A stretch of DNA of 64,000 nt, from positions 434,001 through 498,000 of the forward strand of contig SMSO01000008.1 of the NCBI GenBank assembly GCA_004764695.1, written 5' to 3'. Every line of letters starts with the position of its first letter. The first letter of the stretch is position 1. The notes beneath the pieces are model-generated. The model saw only the letters and a program-made list of their open reading frames with translations, ran no database searches and was not told where the DNA came from. This stretch comes from Schizochytrium sp. TIO01 (Eukaryota; Protista; Bigyra: Labyrinthulomycetes). The translations under genes and the position numbers were made by a program. This document shows positions 1 through 12,400 of this stretch, piece by piece.

Positions 1-229
1 GCTGTAATACTTCGTTCGACTCACACAACCTCACAATCTAGCAAACCGATCTCTGCTTAAGCCCATATCACAAACATGCTCGATAAACTCCTTTAAGTCA
101 ACCAAATAACCAATTAACCAACCAACGCCTTACAAAATAAATGCTGTAGGTTTTCGACCTATTTAATTACATTTCGGATTCAGTGTCATTTTACGGTCTT
201 AAAAGCGAATGAAAGAGAGATTTAACAGC

Positions 230-900
230 ATAAGAATTGCTCCCTAAAGTAGAATGGTTTAGCAAGCCAAAGACTTGCATTCGGAGTGGTTGATACTTCT
301 TGCGCAAACTTACTTCAAAGTTCTTTGCCACAAAGGTTTCACCGTTGCTAGGCGTCGTAGAACTCCGTCTCTTACTACCAATTCCAGACGCAGTCCCTTG
401 AGGGCTACCTGTATATGATAAACCTATCGTCAATACTGGGGTTTCATTACGCTGAATTAAAAACATAGCAAAAACGCTCCCGCGCTTACTTTGTCATATT
501 AGCGTGACCAGAAAGTATGCATATCTACAAGAAGTCAATCCTTGCGAATATTTTCCATACTACCTCAGGATCTTCTATATCCAGAACAAACCCATTCATA
601 AGCTCTGGTGTCCAGTTAATTGTATGGTAAATACTTAAACAAATTGCACCTTGCATTTTCAGCGTTTTCTGCATGATCAGCTTGTTCGAAAGAGGCCAAG
701 GCTGTTTCTTTCAATGTTACACGAATTGGTGCTCCAAAGAGAGCACTTATCTCATAACGCTTCCCTACCACATCGGCAAGAGCAAGCGCCCCAGAAAGGC
801 TAGATTCTAGGGAGATATGGCGCTCTGGGTTTTGAGGTTATTCATGCCCTTGGCTAGGCTTGGCGAGAAGTTGATTGTGACTGTACTGCTTCCTTTGGAC
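230..900 (-). mobile_element. Decayed non-LTR (LINE) reverse transcriptase relic
   Basis: Manual minus-strand translation across frameshifts gives RT motifs in the expected order: LLAKP...NPERHISLES (lpK...YRPISL), EHQF (Q.GF), LDTRAYEWV (D..KAYD.V), TGSPQG (GxPQG, in ORF 191..466), VFGLLNHS (GL.IN). The YADD motif is not recognisable. Confidence 0.55.
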
Positions 901-1385
901 GAATGAAACATCATCGAGAGCTATGAAGCTAAAAGTACATGTGGTGGGTATAACCAGAAAAGGTCCCCTGTAAATCATTGTAGGGCGTTAAACTCCCAAA
1001 ACTGTTGCACACAGATACAAATGTGCGTGTAATCATGTGTGCCATACGTCTGATTATACAAGATTCTTTGTCGGGAAAGTGGTGCTATGAACTGTTGCAA
1101 CTCCACCTGAATTAATGAAACTTATTTATAGCTTTATATACGACAAATTAGTTTTCTTTTCGTGCTTCTTATATCATGGACATCACTCTGTCTTTGCATG
1201 ACTTTAAGTAGAAAGGAACACATGGCTATTTCTAATCATCAACGCCTGGTGTTTTCACTCAAGCCTCGAACTTCTTCTTAGCTGCTTTTGCACTTTATAC
1301 TCGTACATGCCCAACCCTAACTTATTTTAAATAAATCCTGATGACATGCATCTCTAACTTTGAGTAATATTCTATATATAACGGC

Positions 1386-1793
1386 TGCTGAGATCTAATA
1401 TCGAAAGAACTAGTAGACAAGACATTGCTAGAGTTACTGACGCCCTTTGTTGAGACATCATTTGTATAAGGCTTGCAATCAGAGCAGAACTTGACAACCA
1501 GACTTACATGGTTGAGAAGCTAAGAACCAAAAGTGTGACTACACATTTTCTAGAACCAAGAATGGTGCAACTTGAATTGATGGTTTAAAAAGTTGAAATA
1601 GCCCAACCCCGTCAATTATATTTAACGCAGTGCAAGAATGCCTAAGCCTCCTAACTACTACACGATCCAGGCTGCCTTGGAATTCATTTCTAGGACAGCA
1701 GTTTGCGCACTATTGAAGTCGACCTTCTTGGACTCTTGCCTTCATCTTCATAATGAACCCCCAGCTGGCCAGACTTATCTTACAGCAATTGCA
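1386..1793 (+). repeat. ~400-bp dispersed repeat, copy 1 (TGCTGAGATC...AATTGCA)
   Basis: Aligns by eye with 3164-3488, 4440-~4845, 7097-7516 and 39698-40113. Shared blocks include tgctgagatc, gacattgc[c/t]agagtt, aaaagtgtgactacacat, caagaatg, ggaattcatt and ccttcatcttc. Confidence 0.85.
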
Positions 1794-2449
1794 CACTCGA
1801 CCCTTGGCTATATGTAACCGGAGCAACACCCATTTTTGATGAAATGGTCTGCAATTTGTTACACCGACTCTTGAACAATGAATCCAGCAGCATATATTAA
1901 TTAATATCTCAAGTTGTGGACAAGAATTTCTCGAACTTTGTAAATTGTAGAACAACATGCGTCATGCATTTATTATCTAATAACAAATAAAATATATAGT
2001 TACCCTTCTAGGTATGTGAGACCGCCGTGCAGTATGACTACAGACACAACTTTCTGAAATAGTATTTATTGAAGAACGATCTTTGGCACACTTGGTTCAA
2101 CGTCTAGGTGTATTTCACGATGCTTACTTGCGATTCCCTTTCTGCATCAACCCTTTGGAGATAGGGGAGCACAGCACTGCACTTTATCCTGCACTCCCTT
2201 GCTTTTATTGTGGCCTTCATCCATGTGCCAATATGAAAGTCTATTTTTCAAAGAGACCCAGTTAAATGATTTACAATGTGCTATATAATTACTTCTTAAA
2301 GAAGTAGCATCCCTTGAAATGTAGCAACTTAGCAACATTACCAGCACCATGTAATCCGTTTCAAACAGCGAATTTCAAATAAATTCATTTCTATGTATTC
2401 CTCTAAAACAATTGAGCAGCACTGGGTTTTACTCCTGATTCTCAAATTT

Positions 2450-2950
2450 CGACCTTGCGAGTGGGTTGGGTTGCTGAGCCAGCAATCAGAAATACAATAA
2501 GATGCGCTGCAACAAAAGCCCTCAATAATTCTAAGTAAGACCTGGGACAAAACCCCACAAACAGAAAAGGCAACTGCATTCAAAGAAGAAGTAGCAAATA
2601 TAATCGCGCAAAGTCTTCAAGTCTGCAAATAAACTAAATTAGGACCGATAATTGAGGATCTGCATAGAAGGAAAATTATCTTCTTGGAAAAACTATGAGT
2701 CAATGCTTTGTCTACCTTATTTCATGGTCCCTTCTAAAATTCAGCTCCAAGGTCACGGTTAGCATATCACTCGCTCATGAGCTAGATGTTTTCAGATATC
2801 TTAAAATACCACTCGTACTCAAGCCTGAGGAATTTATCTTTCTATTCAAGCTTGTGCATAACAGGACTTTGGAAAACCGAGGAGTGTGAGTAATTTTCGA
2901 GAAAAAGTGGGTTCGATGCTTACTATTTTGACAAGCTCTGCTATACAAGC
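2450..2950 (-). mobile_element. Decayed non-LTR RT relic
   Basis: Minus strand reads LLTLLGFPK, then MK*G (KQG with caa>taa), SLFAD, IIFATSS and QVLLRIIEGFC. This follows RT subdomains 4-6. Confidence 0.45.
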
Positions 2951-3163
2951 TCGCACATTGCTGAGAGATGCATCCAACTAAGTAGAGATTGCCTATCGAG
3001 ACGGCAACACGAAGCTTGAAGAAGGTTTAACGCGGGCTTGGAAAGTGAAGACTTTAGAGATAACGATATATTCTCCTTGGAAGTAAACTGGGATATTTGA
3101 TCTGTATCTGTATTACTCACTACCGAAAAGCTTAGCCAAACCCTCTTCAACTATCAATTGAGT

Positions 3164-3488
3164 TGCTGAAATATTCAATCGAAGGAATCCGTAGACTAGA
3201 CATTACTAGAGTTCTTGAAGACTTATCATGGTATATCCTCGAGGAACTAGTAATTGCACAGGTTTAGAACTTGACAACGACTATCATGCTGTGCGAAACT
3301 CAAGAAGAAAAAACCTCGAAGGTGGACATACATATTCAATAGCATAGATATGGCGAAATCAAGATTAATGATTGAAGAAGCAAATAAGCCTAGCCTCTTT
3401 AATTATGCGCAATACAGATCAAGTCCGTCTTGGTCCCCTAATTATAACTAAACCAGCTGGTCCAAAGGATATAATATCGCTAATTGTA
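3164..3488 (+). repeat. ~400-bp dispersed repeat, copy 2 (internally deleted)
   Basis: Starts tgctgaaatattcaatcgaagg and ends ccagctgg...aattgta like copy 1. It lacks roughly 90-100 bp after cccctaattat. Confidence 0.7.
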
Positions 3489-4439
3489 TTAGCCACAGTT
3501 TACTAAGCCTTCTCCAAGCCTTTTGCCGTCATATTCATAGTCAGTCTCTAGCTGACCAGATCCACTCCCGGCAGATATCACTATACTGATTCTAGTAAAC
3601 ATGTATGTACACTTTTGGTTCTTGAAGTGCTTGGTTTCACTGTCTCTCATTTTACTCATCGGCGAAATCAATCTTTCTTTAGAGTTGTACATAGATAATT
3701 CTAGCAGTGTCTTGTCCGCGTTCTCAAGTAGAGATTTCAAAACATATTTACCTAACCTTTTGCTCGAGAACTTAGATGAGTGGAATATATCTTTTTGTAA
3801 AATTAAACTTCAAGATTGCCGAATAACAGTACGAAGTGAACGTTTTCGAATCTTTAAAGTAGAATATGTCTTTCTTAGAAGACGTAGAACAGAGTGTAAG
3901 TACTTATTGAAGTGTCACAGCCACTTAGGGAACTACCGTGTCAAGAAACAATTCACGATTACTCTACATTAAACTTCACTCCAACTCCTTGGTTCATAGA
4001 GGAAGTCAGTTAGGCCCTACAGGAGGAATCGACTTCAATGTCCAAGCTTAGAGCACGGTAATATAGGCTCAAATAAGCTAAAAGGTATATGTATAGACAT
4101 GTAGTGAAATCCATATATCTAGACCAGATGTATACTTAAGACAAAACACCAAAATTCTAAGAACCTAAGAAAATAGTCTAATAAATTTAATATCCCGTTA
4201 AAATCTATTTATTGAATAAGCACCTCAGTAGGTTGGGAAAACACTGTAGAGAACTCCTAGTTGGAGTGTTCAAGCTTGCTTTCTCCTTCTTGATGTATTA
4301 AATTTCCACAATCTCCTCTTTCTTAAACCTCCCGCTGTCTAACAAATCATATTATAATACTAAGGCAGTACGAAGCAGCATTCTTGCAAAATATAATATA
4401 TTTAGTAAGTCGCCTACCTAGTAGTCGTCGTTTTCCAAT

Positions 4440-4845
4440 TGCTGAGATCATCAATCGGAGGGCGATTTGGACAATATATTATCATAGTTCTTAGCACACT
4501 ATTATGAGTCTTGAACTATTTGAAACTGTAAACGGTATAACTAGAGTATGAGATACAAAGGTGCGAGGCCAAGGTAATGAAAAATCACTCCGTAATCAAG
4601 TAAATATATATCTGGTTTAGCAATTGAAGAAATAATTAAACCTAAATCCTTGAGTTATGCAGAATACTGATCAAACTGATCAAATTTTTGCCTTTGTCGC
4701 ATAATTACAATCGAATCAGTCAATCTTGGTGCTTATCGTCAAGGTTAGAAGGTTGCGAACTCTATAAACCTAAGTATACGATGCCTTCTCAAGTCTTTAT
4801 AAATCATTTCAAGCGTCTGACCTTCATCTTCCAGTCAGCCTCCGT
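4440..4845 (+). repeat. ~400-bp dispersed repeat, copy 3 (most diverged)
   Basis: Starts tgctgagatcatcaatcgg. It shares ttgaagaa...ttatgc...aatac.gatcaa with copy 2, and ccttcatcttccagtcagcctcc matches the 7097 copy. Confidence 0.6.
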
Positions 4846-4879
4846 TTGATGAGGAAGCGAGTGATTCTCTTAGCTCTCA

Positions 4880-5430
4880 CGCTTGAAAGTGCACCTTTGC
4901 TTGGCTTGCTTACGATTGCAATTTAGCTTGAGGCGATCACCAAGAGATAGCGTGGGTGGAGAGATGAAGGGGAAAAAAGTTAGATTTAACATTCACTTAC
5001 TGCTGACAAAGTCCATTGTCCACTGACTTGTTCAGGAAAATCTTTGCATAGCCTGTCCTGTTTTATGAAAAATGCTCAAGGTTAATTTTCGCACTTAGTA
5101 GAAAAAAGAATTCCGGAAACACAGCTAAGGACTGACTCAAATAGAATTCCCCCAATGGCAGTCACTGCGTACCAATCTCTAGGTCTCGATCACACTCTAT
5201 TACTATTAAAGTAATATACCGCTAACTTTCTAATCTCACATAACCTAACCTAACCTCTTCTGTTCGATATCACACATTCATACTGTCTGTATCCAGATTC
5301 AAAACCCCAATAAGTTAAATAGAATTATCCTTCTCTATCTCCTGAGCTCGCCATTCTTATCAGACTACCTCTGCATGCTCCACTACACAAGCTAGTCTGC
5401 AATGATTATCAATACAACGCGGTTACTCAA
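4880..5430 (+). mobile_element. Decayed non-LTR RT relic
   Basis: In order across frameshifts: QFSLRRS (~4918), LDLTFTY/ADKVH (~4980-5015), an IPQGS-like stretch (attcccccaatggcagt, ~5146) and MIINTT (~5402). Confidence 0.4.
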
Positions 5431-5649
5431 TTCATCATGAGCATTATCATCATTACCTGAAAACTTCGCATATTGAAATAATCCTATAAAAACGATCACA
5501 TTTACCGATGCTTATTCAAGTCAGAGCATTGACAGCAACGGCTTCTAACAATTCGTGCCTCAAAAGGACTGGACAAGATAAATAGAGGATGGCTGGAATT
5601 GAGCTTAAATCCAAGACACGCATCTAAACAATGAGTGGCTGGTCCCTTG

Positions 5650-6650
5650 GTCATACCTATTAGCATCTCGCTCACATAAAATGTCGGTGCATAGATTGTA
5701 AAATTGAGAAACTAAAGACTGACTACCTGTGACAAAAGATCCATGCACGCCGTGCGCAAATGCCCCAAGGCAAGCAGTTACTGTTTATGTCATGGGTCCA
5801 TTCAATGTATACACACTGCTACAGGAAGTCAAATATACAATCTCTTGCCGCGATTTATACTCACATTTGCTTATGTCTACTTCAAGAGATCGGCAGAAGA
5901 TGCTGATCGATAAATTTCGCAAGGTCTGGTTAAAACCCAAATCCCCATATTACAATCCGTACTGACGGAGCAATATATTTTAAAGGAGGACCACCTTCAT
6001 CACAAATAAGATCTTCAATAGACACATCAGTCTTTGGCACCACATGCACATGCGGCTAACCCAGCAGAAGAAAATAATCTGGTCATTGTGAATGGTCTTC
6101 GTTCTCATTTGAAAATTGCTTCGTTAGGAAGAAAGAACTGGCTATTTTGTTTATCCCATGCTGTGCATATGAGAAACTGCACGACTTCAAGCCGAGACAT
6201 ATTATCCCTATAGAGTGACCAATTGGGATAGCGTCAGATTCTAGTAGTTTTCATATTTTCGGGCCACCGTGTGTATACAAGAAATTTCCAGCTCCCCCCA
6301 TACTATGAAATAGAGGCGGTCTAGGATACTTTTTAGGATATGGAAGTAAGCAATCATACTCATGGCATACTCATGGAAACTTCCACAAAAACATAAAATT
6401 GTTCAGTCCCCAGAAGTCATTGTGTACGATGACGCAAATACTGAGAATATCCACAACAGAACTGTAACTCCCAACCTAGATATAGAGATTGAAATTGTCT
6501 GAATGCAAAACCTTCGAGAGAGGAATAGCATACCCTGATACGAAAATAGTATTAAGCGACCGTTTGTCAATCAAAACATTTTGGAAAGGATGAGCTGCTC
6601 ACCTGGTGATCGTGTTCTTCCAACTTTGATTTCTAAGTTGAAAACCAAAA
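5650..6650 (+). mobile_element. Ty1/copia LTR-retrotransposon pol relic (integrase plus start of RT)
   Basis: Motifs in order: HLAH...CTPC (HHCC), VTVYVMGPF...KYTISCRDLYS (D.xGP, with D>Y), IRTDGA (second D), ANPAEENNLVIVNGLRSHLKIASLGRKNWLFCLSHAVHMRNCT (NGxAERxN...W...AV..RN), FHIFGPPCVY, GYFLGYG, then NQNILERMSCSPGDRVLPTL (copia RT N-terminus). Integrase before RT is the copia order. Confidence 0.8.
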
Positions 6651-7096
6651 TACACTTTATTTATGCCTACATAGAATATACGCCTTTCCATTTCCAGCGC
6701 TCTGAGTTCTTTTCTTGGAAAGTTTCCCGACACCAAAGAGAAACCTTATACTCGATCTGGTACGAAAATAAGCCCGATCAAACTACCCTGTTACAAACTT
6801 CTTATATGAAAACCTTTGATCCGTCCGTAGCTTTCTTGCTGAAGGCAATCATAGCACATGCTTCATCACTAGAAGGGCCAACCCTAAGCCTACATGCTTC
6901 GTTTTGGGCATCGCTAAACCGTCATACAATACAACAAACGTGAGGTTTTTGTATTTATTACTTTGTGTAAAATATCTCAAAGATATTGCTAGATAATTAG
7001 ACACTTTACAAGTTCTTTCTAAGTTTCTATGAATCATCGAAACATCTTAAAGCGGAGGTTTGTGGAGGTAGAATGTCTACGCGGATAGAAATTTTC

Positions 7097-7516
7097 TGCT
7101 GAGATCTTCAAACGAAGGAAATACTGGACAAGGCATTGCCAGAGTTCTTGGAGTCCCTTTCTAAAGACCTCGTCAACGTAAAGCTTTCAATAGAGCAGAA
7201 TTAGGCAGCCAAACTTTGTGACTGTTAAAGTCAAGAATCAAAAGTGTGACTACACATTAGCTAGATCCAAGTATGGTGTAACTTGAACTGCCCGTTGAAG
7301 CTGTTGAATTAACTCTACCCCGTGAGGTATCTCTGATGCAGCTCAAGAATGTCTTAGCCCCCTAATTGCTACATGACTCAGTCTGCTCTGGAATTTATTA
7401 CCAGAACAACAATTCGCCAACTCATATTATCAAACCTCTTGAAACCTTCATCAAGACTTTTGCCTTCATCTTCATAGTCAACCTCCAGCGGATCATATTC
7501 ATCTTTCAGGATTGTC
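7097..7516 (+). repeat. ~400-bp dispersed repeat, copy 4
   Basis: tgctgagatcttcaaacgaagg...ccttcatcttcatagtcaacctccagc; colinear with the copies at 1386 and 39698. Confidence 0.85.
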
Positions 7517-8589
7517 TGAGATATGAAAGTCATGCACTTTATGGCCGGGAGAAAACTTGAAAAGACGTTCTAGGATTGTTCTTCTACAACTAGTAATATA
7601 CTAACTTAAGGAGTGATTTATATTGTAGACTGAGGAAGATAGCATTCTTATTCAATAGAACTGATTACATTTTGACATTTCTCAACCATAACTTAAAGCT
7701 TTTTATTTATTTTGATGTCTTGTTACAGGTCTTTGCACTCTCGAAGTGTTTGGTCTCTCAACTGTGTAACTTTTGTAACAGTTCTACTCTAATACAATTC
7801 TTCGTACTTCAGGATTTCGAAGGTACACCAAAACCTTGAGTAATATATATAGTCTATTCCACCATCAATTGATTGATCTATCAGGTCTGCTTAAATAATT
7901 TTCTTTAAATTTGTACACTGGCTATTATTGCACAACGGACCATACCCGGCCTATTACTTTGGCTTTCCCTATAAGCTAACTTACAGCTAAATACAAAAAA
8001 AATCTTTGTTGCTGTCATTAAATGATCGCCTTCATTATTCCATATTGCCAGGTGGTTAGACCTAATTGATGCATAGAGTTGCCACAATACAGTTTAGAGA
8101 GTAGCATCCGGTATTAACACGTCACGCTCTCAAGAACAACATTGAACAGTTTCTGAAATGATAGGAAGTCAATAATGCAATCATGTGATATCTTGGCGAG
8201 CTGCATAGAAAGTGCTTCACGACCCAGACGTATTAAAAGTAGGAAGAAAACTTGCTGTCACTCAAACCTGAACTAAGAAGCACGCAATGCTTCAGGGACA
8301 TGTCATGGGTATCGCATCACCATATCATGTGGCTTATGACCTAGCTGTAGTAGTAAAATTTAATAGTAAACAGGTGCATGTTGCCATTTGTCTGCTGAAT
8401 GCACCTTGTATACACACATTTTAAATGGAGTAAACGAAATGCCACTTACCACAGGAGGCCCATTTTGCTTAATATACGCAAAGAATCCAACCCGTCTATA
8501 TTTACCTGACGCCCTTTGTTGTATAAAAGTCCTTGGAGAACCTGTACGCAAGTCTATCAGCACTACAGTGCATATTTCGTGTAGAAGGA

Positions 8590-8800
8590 GGGGTAGCTGA
8601 CCTGACCAATCTACAGGATGGGAGCCATAGTTCATAAGCTTCAGAAAAGTCCATCAATGTCTTCACGCCAATAGTGGAAGTACTGGCTACTCGTCTTGCT
8701 TTAAAATCTGCAGAGAACACGCTTTCCTTGTTTTGGTTGAATACCTTCTGTAATCAACGTCTCGTAAATATATGCCTTAGATACAGAACCTTTTGGTGGA
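8590..8800 (+). mobile_element. DIRS-type RNase H-like relic
   Basis: DQSTGW (~8604; cf. DASxxGWG) followed by SEKSINVF..EVLATRLALK (cf. IN.LE..A..AL). Confidence 0.35.
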
Positions 8801-8859
8801 TATGTGAGGTCGTCATATCAAGTTGTTCCAGGTTAGCCGTACTCCTTGGGGCAAATTAA

Positions 8860-9400
8860 GCTTTGTTGGGTGCAATGTACGAATAAGATTACTCGCTCCT
8901 CGCTAGAGATTCCAGTCAGTCAAACGGAGGAGAAACGATTCTTCATAAACTACTGATATTCACTAAGCAAGGTGTCAATGTCACTTTGGCAAGTGCAACA
9001 TAAACTGTGTTCTGTAGGTTTGGATTTGTACCCTTTTCTTGAACAGCAGCGAGGATTCCAGGGTATGTCTTGTCGGACAACATAATGCGCTTGAGTAGAT
9101 CATTTGTGCGAATATTGCGCACGGCAAAATAGGAAACATTGCCTAGCTGAAGTTTGCAAGAATCATTTGTCACAAGGTGGCAAGTCTGACAGAGACATCC
9201 GGCTACTTGGTGAATCCTTACGTTCTTAGAGAACCGCAAATACCTTGGCATTTTAGGTACTGTCTACTCTGGTGGGATCCTTATTTAGATGAGATGAATA
9301 AATTTAGCTTGGACGAATGAAAATCCGCTGCCTAAGTCTCACATCAAAATGTCGAAAGTTGCCACACCTAACAATTCTCGGGTTGGGTGTATCGGATTAA
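8860..9400 (-). mobile_element. Decayed tyrosine recombinase (DIRS/Ngaro/PAT-like retroelement)
   Basis: Minus strand: RELLGVATFDI (9380-9348; box I-like), FVQAK or IFIRPS* (catalytic Lys region), HSLCCT (9009-8992; cac agt tta tgt tgc act is HSLRRT after two C>T changes), then LTDW and SYSY (box II W and Y). Confidence 0.5.
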
Positions 9401-12400
9401 GAAAGCGGCCAAATCTGTACAGGGAGGTTCCGGGATTGCTGTGAAAAGAAAGTTTCATTGGAAGCTTATCGCCTCGCTACAGGAGACAGTTTAACCCGGG
9501 GTAGCATTAGAACAACTCTTCTTGAGAGCTCCTAAAGAACAGGTCAAAGGGCCACCTGGCGTAGGATCTAAGTTTAGCTTAGCTGACTCAAAACTGTGAA
9601 CGAGGCGTACTATGAAAGTATACTGCTGGCAAACTTTAAACAATGTATAGTGTTGGGCGCGACTATTTAAGTTTCTCGTACACATTTGCAAACCAACATA
9701 TCTGATTAGAATAAAGGAGCTGCTATCTCACACCCTCTCTATTTTTTCATATGAAAGAGAGGATTAGCATGATGAGTTCAAAAACTGGTCATTGCAGGCT
9801 TCTCCCAACCTGTTAAATTAACCGATATTTAATTTTCCAGGTTCCTCGTAGGGGTTCCTTCATGGCCGGGATGGTGGTGCTGAGGCAAGGATAGAATTAG
9901 CGATGTAAATAAAAGCTGTGACAGAAACGTTATCGCAAATAGCTTGAACGATACTTCATCCTTCAATCGGCAAAGCATTGCTGCCCTCTAGAGATTTTAA
10001 ACAAATTTAGCGTCGTCAGTGTACTCAAGAGGTAGGCATGTCTTGCGCAAAGTCTTGGACGATCTCGGGAGACAAAGAAGCCGTTACCCGCTCCATGAAA
10101 TGCCATCATGATGAATCTCCGCGCACACATCAACACAGAAGGTAAATCTTCAGAACAGAAGGCCAGGTTTTACTTGAAGTGAGCATCCAAAGCTTTAGAT
10201 GCCACTATACTCGAGGTTGGCATTTAGACAGTCAGATTGAAGATAATTAACTAACAGCATTCGACACTATCGGTTGATTATAGATGATAATCTCTGTATT
10301 GGTCAAGTACTTCACTCTGGCGATGTTAGTTGATAGAAACAATCTTCTCGCAATGGGCTTCTTCTCTGCTGCGTTTTCCTCTTCCCAGGTAAATTAAAAG
10401 TGAGTAGTCCCTTGGAGAACTGCTCATTACTTTTGGCCACTGCTTGCAAGCGTTCAGTTCTGCCCTAAAACAACTCTCCGTAGCCTCGTCTATCTGGTAT
10501 GATTGAACAAATCTTGCAAGTCCTCAATTCGCTTACATTATTTCTGTGTAACTCCTGTTGAAGATCATATTAATTTGGATCAAATGACCGACATAGTTTT
10601 CCCATAAACAATTATTTGTCACTTGCATGTTCATACAGCTTCTCTGTAAGCATCATATAGCATGTAGAGTTTCCCAATTCGGTACCAGTATCACAATCAT
10701 TCTCCGGTCCCCTGCCGCGACTGCATACTTTCTGGCCGACTTTTCTTTCGCAGACAATGGTATGCTTTCATTCAGGTCTAGATTAGCCTTGCCAACTCAC
10801 TACCTATTCTCTCAAATAGGCGCGTCTTTGTTCAACATCACCGTGTAGAGCTGACGGCTCGCAGAAACTTGTAAGCATCATACGGCGTTCACGATGATCT
10901 TAGCTCGTCTTGAGTATCTCAGTTCTAAATTATGCGCATCGCAAGTTTTTAATCGTTGTGCACCGAGATCTGGACTCTTACAATTTGTAACCTTACAATG
11001 CTAAATTGTGGAATTCGGAACCAGCCGTATGGGTCTACATGACAGCGACGAATGACAGATGCTTCACCTCCCAAAAGTCTAAAAGCATAGACGCTCGGAG
11101 GCTTCCATTCTAGCCATAGGTTGGCTCAAGTAGCTTTGTGGTCCTCGTCAAGACAGTGAAGTCAACGGTCCGTTCCTCTCGGACTTGCTGCGCTATTCCA
11201 TGTTTATTCGAGCTCTCACCGAGCATTTCAAGAAGGACAGGTTGGTAGGTTCGCCGAGAGAGATTTTTGACTTCCCTTCAGAAATATGAAACCGAAGCCA
11301 TTTGAATGGCTTCCTCCTGCTTCGATGAGATTGAGATCTTGAGGCAGAGCTGGGGGTTTAAGCTTCGCGGCACTGCTGCAAGTTTCAAAGTTCTACTAAG
11401 ATGACTAGGCGCTTTGAAGTTGTTTGGGGAAGAGCTTTATGGCAATCTTGGACCCAAAGAACCACTACGACATGTTTCTGCAAGTTCTACCTCCTCAGGT
11501 TGGAATTTGGCGGCATCACCACGAGGATTGAGCGGTAGCAAAAAGAACCCTGCGATTCTCATTTCGGTTCTAGCTGAGCGCTCAAACACAATCGACGAAT
11601 GGTTCTTTGCCCAGGAACCGCAGAACTTGAAGCATCTTTAAGACCGGAATTTAGCTGGCTTCAGCTCACGCACAAGCAACGCCCCATACGACCTGGTGCG
11701 ATTGACCGAAGTTGATTAATAAAATTCCCTGCGCAGTCAACGATTCAATGTGGTTAAACCCCGTCGTTCGTTCGTGCCCTGCGATTCAATCATGTCGAAA
11801 AGCGACTATGAGTGCTTAGATTCATGAGAATCTTGCTCGTCATAGTTCCATCAAATGTGTTTGAACCAAAAAGCCTCTCCCAAAAGTCCTTTGATCATTT
11901 TTGATTATATACAGGCCATCAAAGAACAGCGTGTTTCGTATTTGAGTCCTCTTCCGTTATGAAGTAATCCGTATAGTGTTTAAAGAGATACTTGTCATCT
12001 CTCTCCATATCTTACTCGCTTTTAGAACCATTCGCAACTTATGCTTTGCTTGCAGCTTGACGTTTTCCTGCTTTGCAGAATCATACTGCCTGCTTCGTAC
12101 TTTTATGAAGGGTTATTTTGATCCAACTATAGCCAGATGGGCAAGTAGGAGAATTGCAGACTTTAAAGAGAACACACTGTCACCATGAAATCAACAGCGA
12201 TCAATCTAAGTTTTCGCGCCGCTCAGGATCTACAAATTTGTTATAGTTAGCTGGCTTGGCTCCTACCCATTCTGGCACTACTTTTGGGTGATATTCATTC
12301 ACTCACGTACTGGCACTGCAATGATAGTGCTAGCTAGCTAGCTAGATAATGTGCGACTCAAGGTGATGTTCTCTTTCTGAAAACTTCCCACTCCCTTCAA

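Noticed and set aside
3750-4300. Possible APE endonuclease relic (KLQD, GGIDFN)
   Set aside because: Only two imperfect motifs; too weak to call.
5241-5255. AACCT repeats here and AAACCCTAA at ~49137 as telomeric sequence
   Set aside because: Three units or fewer; could be chance.
3164-7516. Intact copia element bounded by two repeat copies as LTRs
   Set aside because: No PBS, adjacent PPT or TSD; the copies are highly diverged; an extra copy and LINE relics lie inside.
7933-7960. acggaccatacc resembling a 5S rRNA 5' end
   Set aside because: No downstream 5S boxes or structure. No tRNA, rRNA or riboswitch was recognised anywhere in the window.
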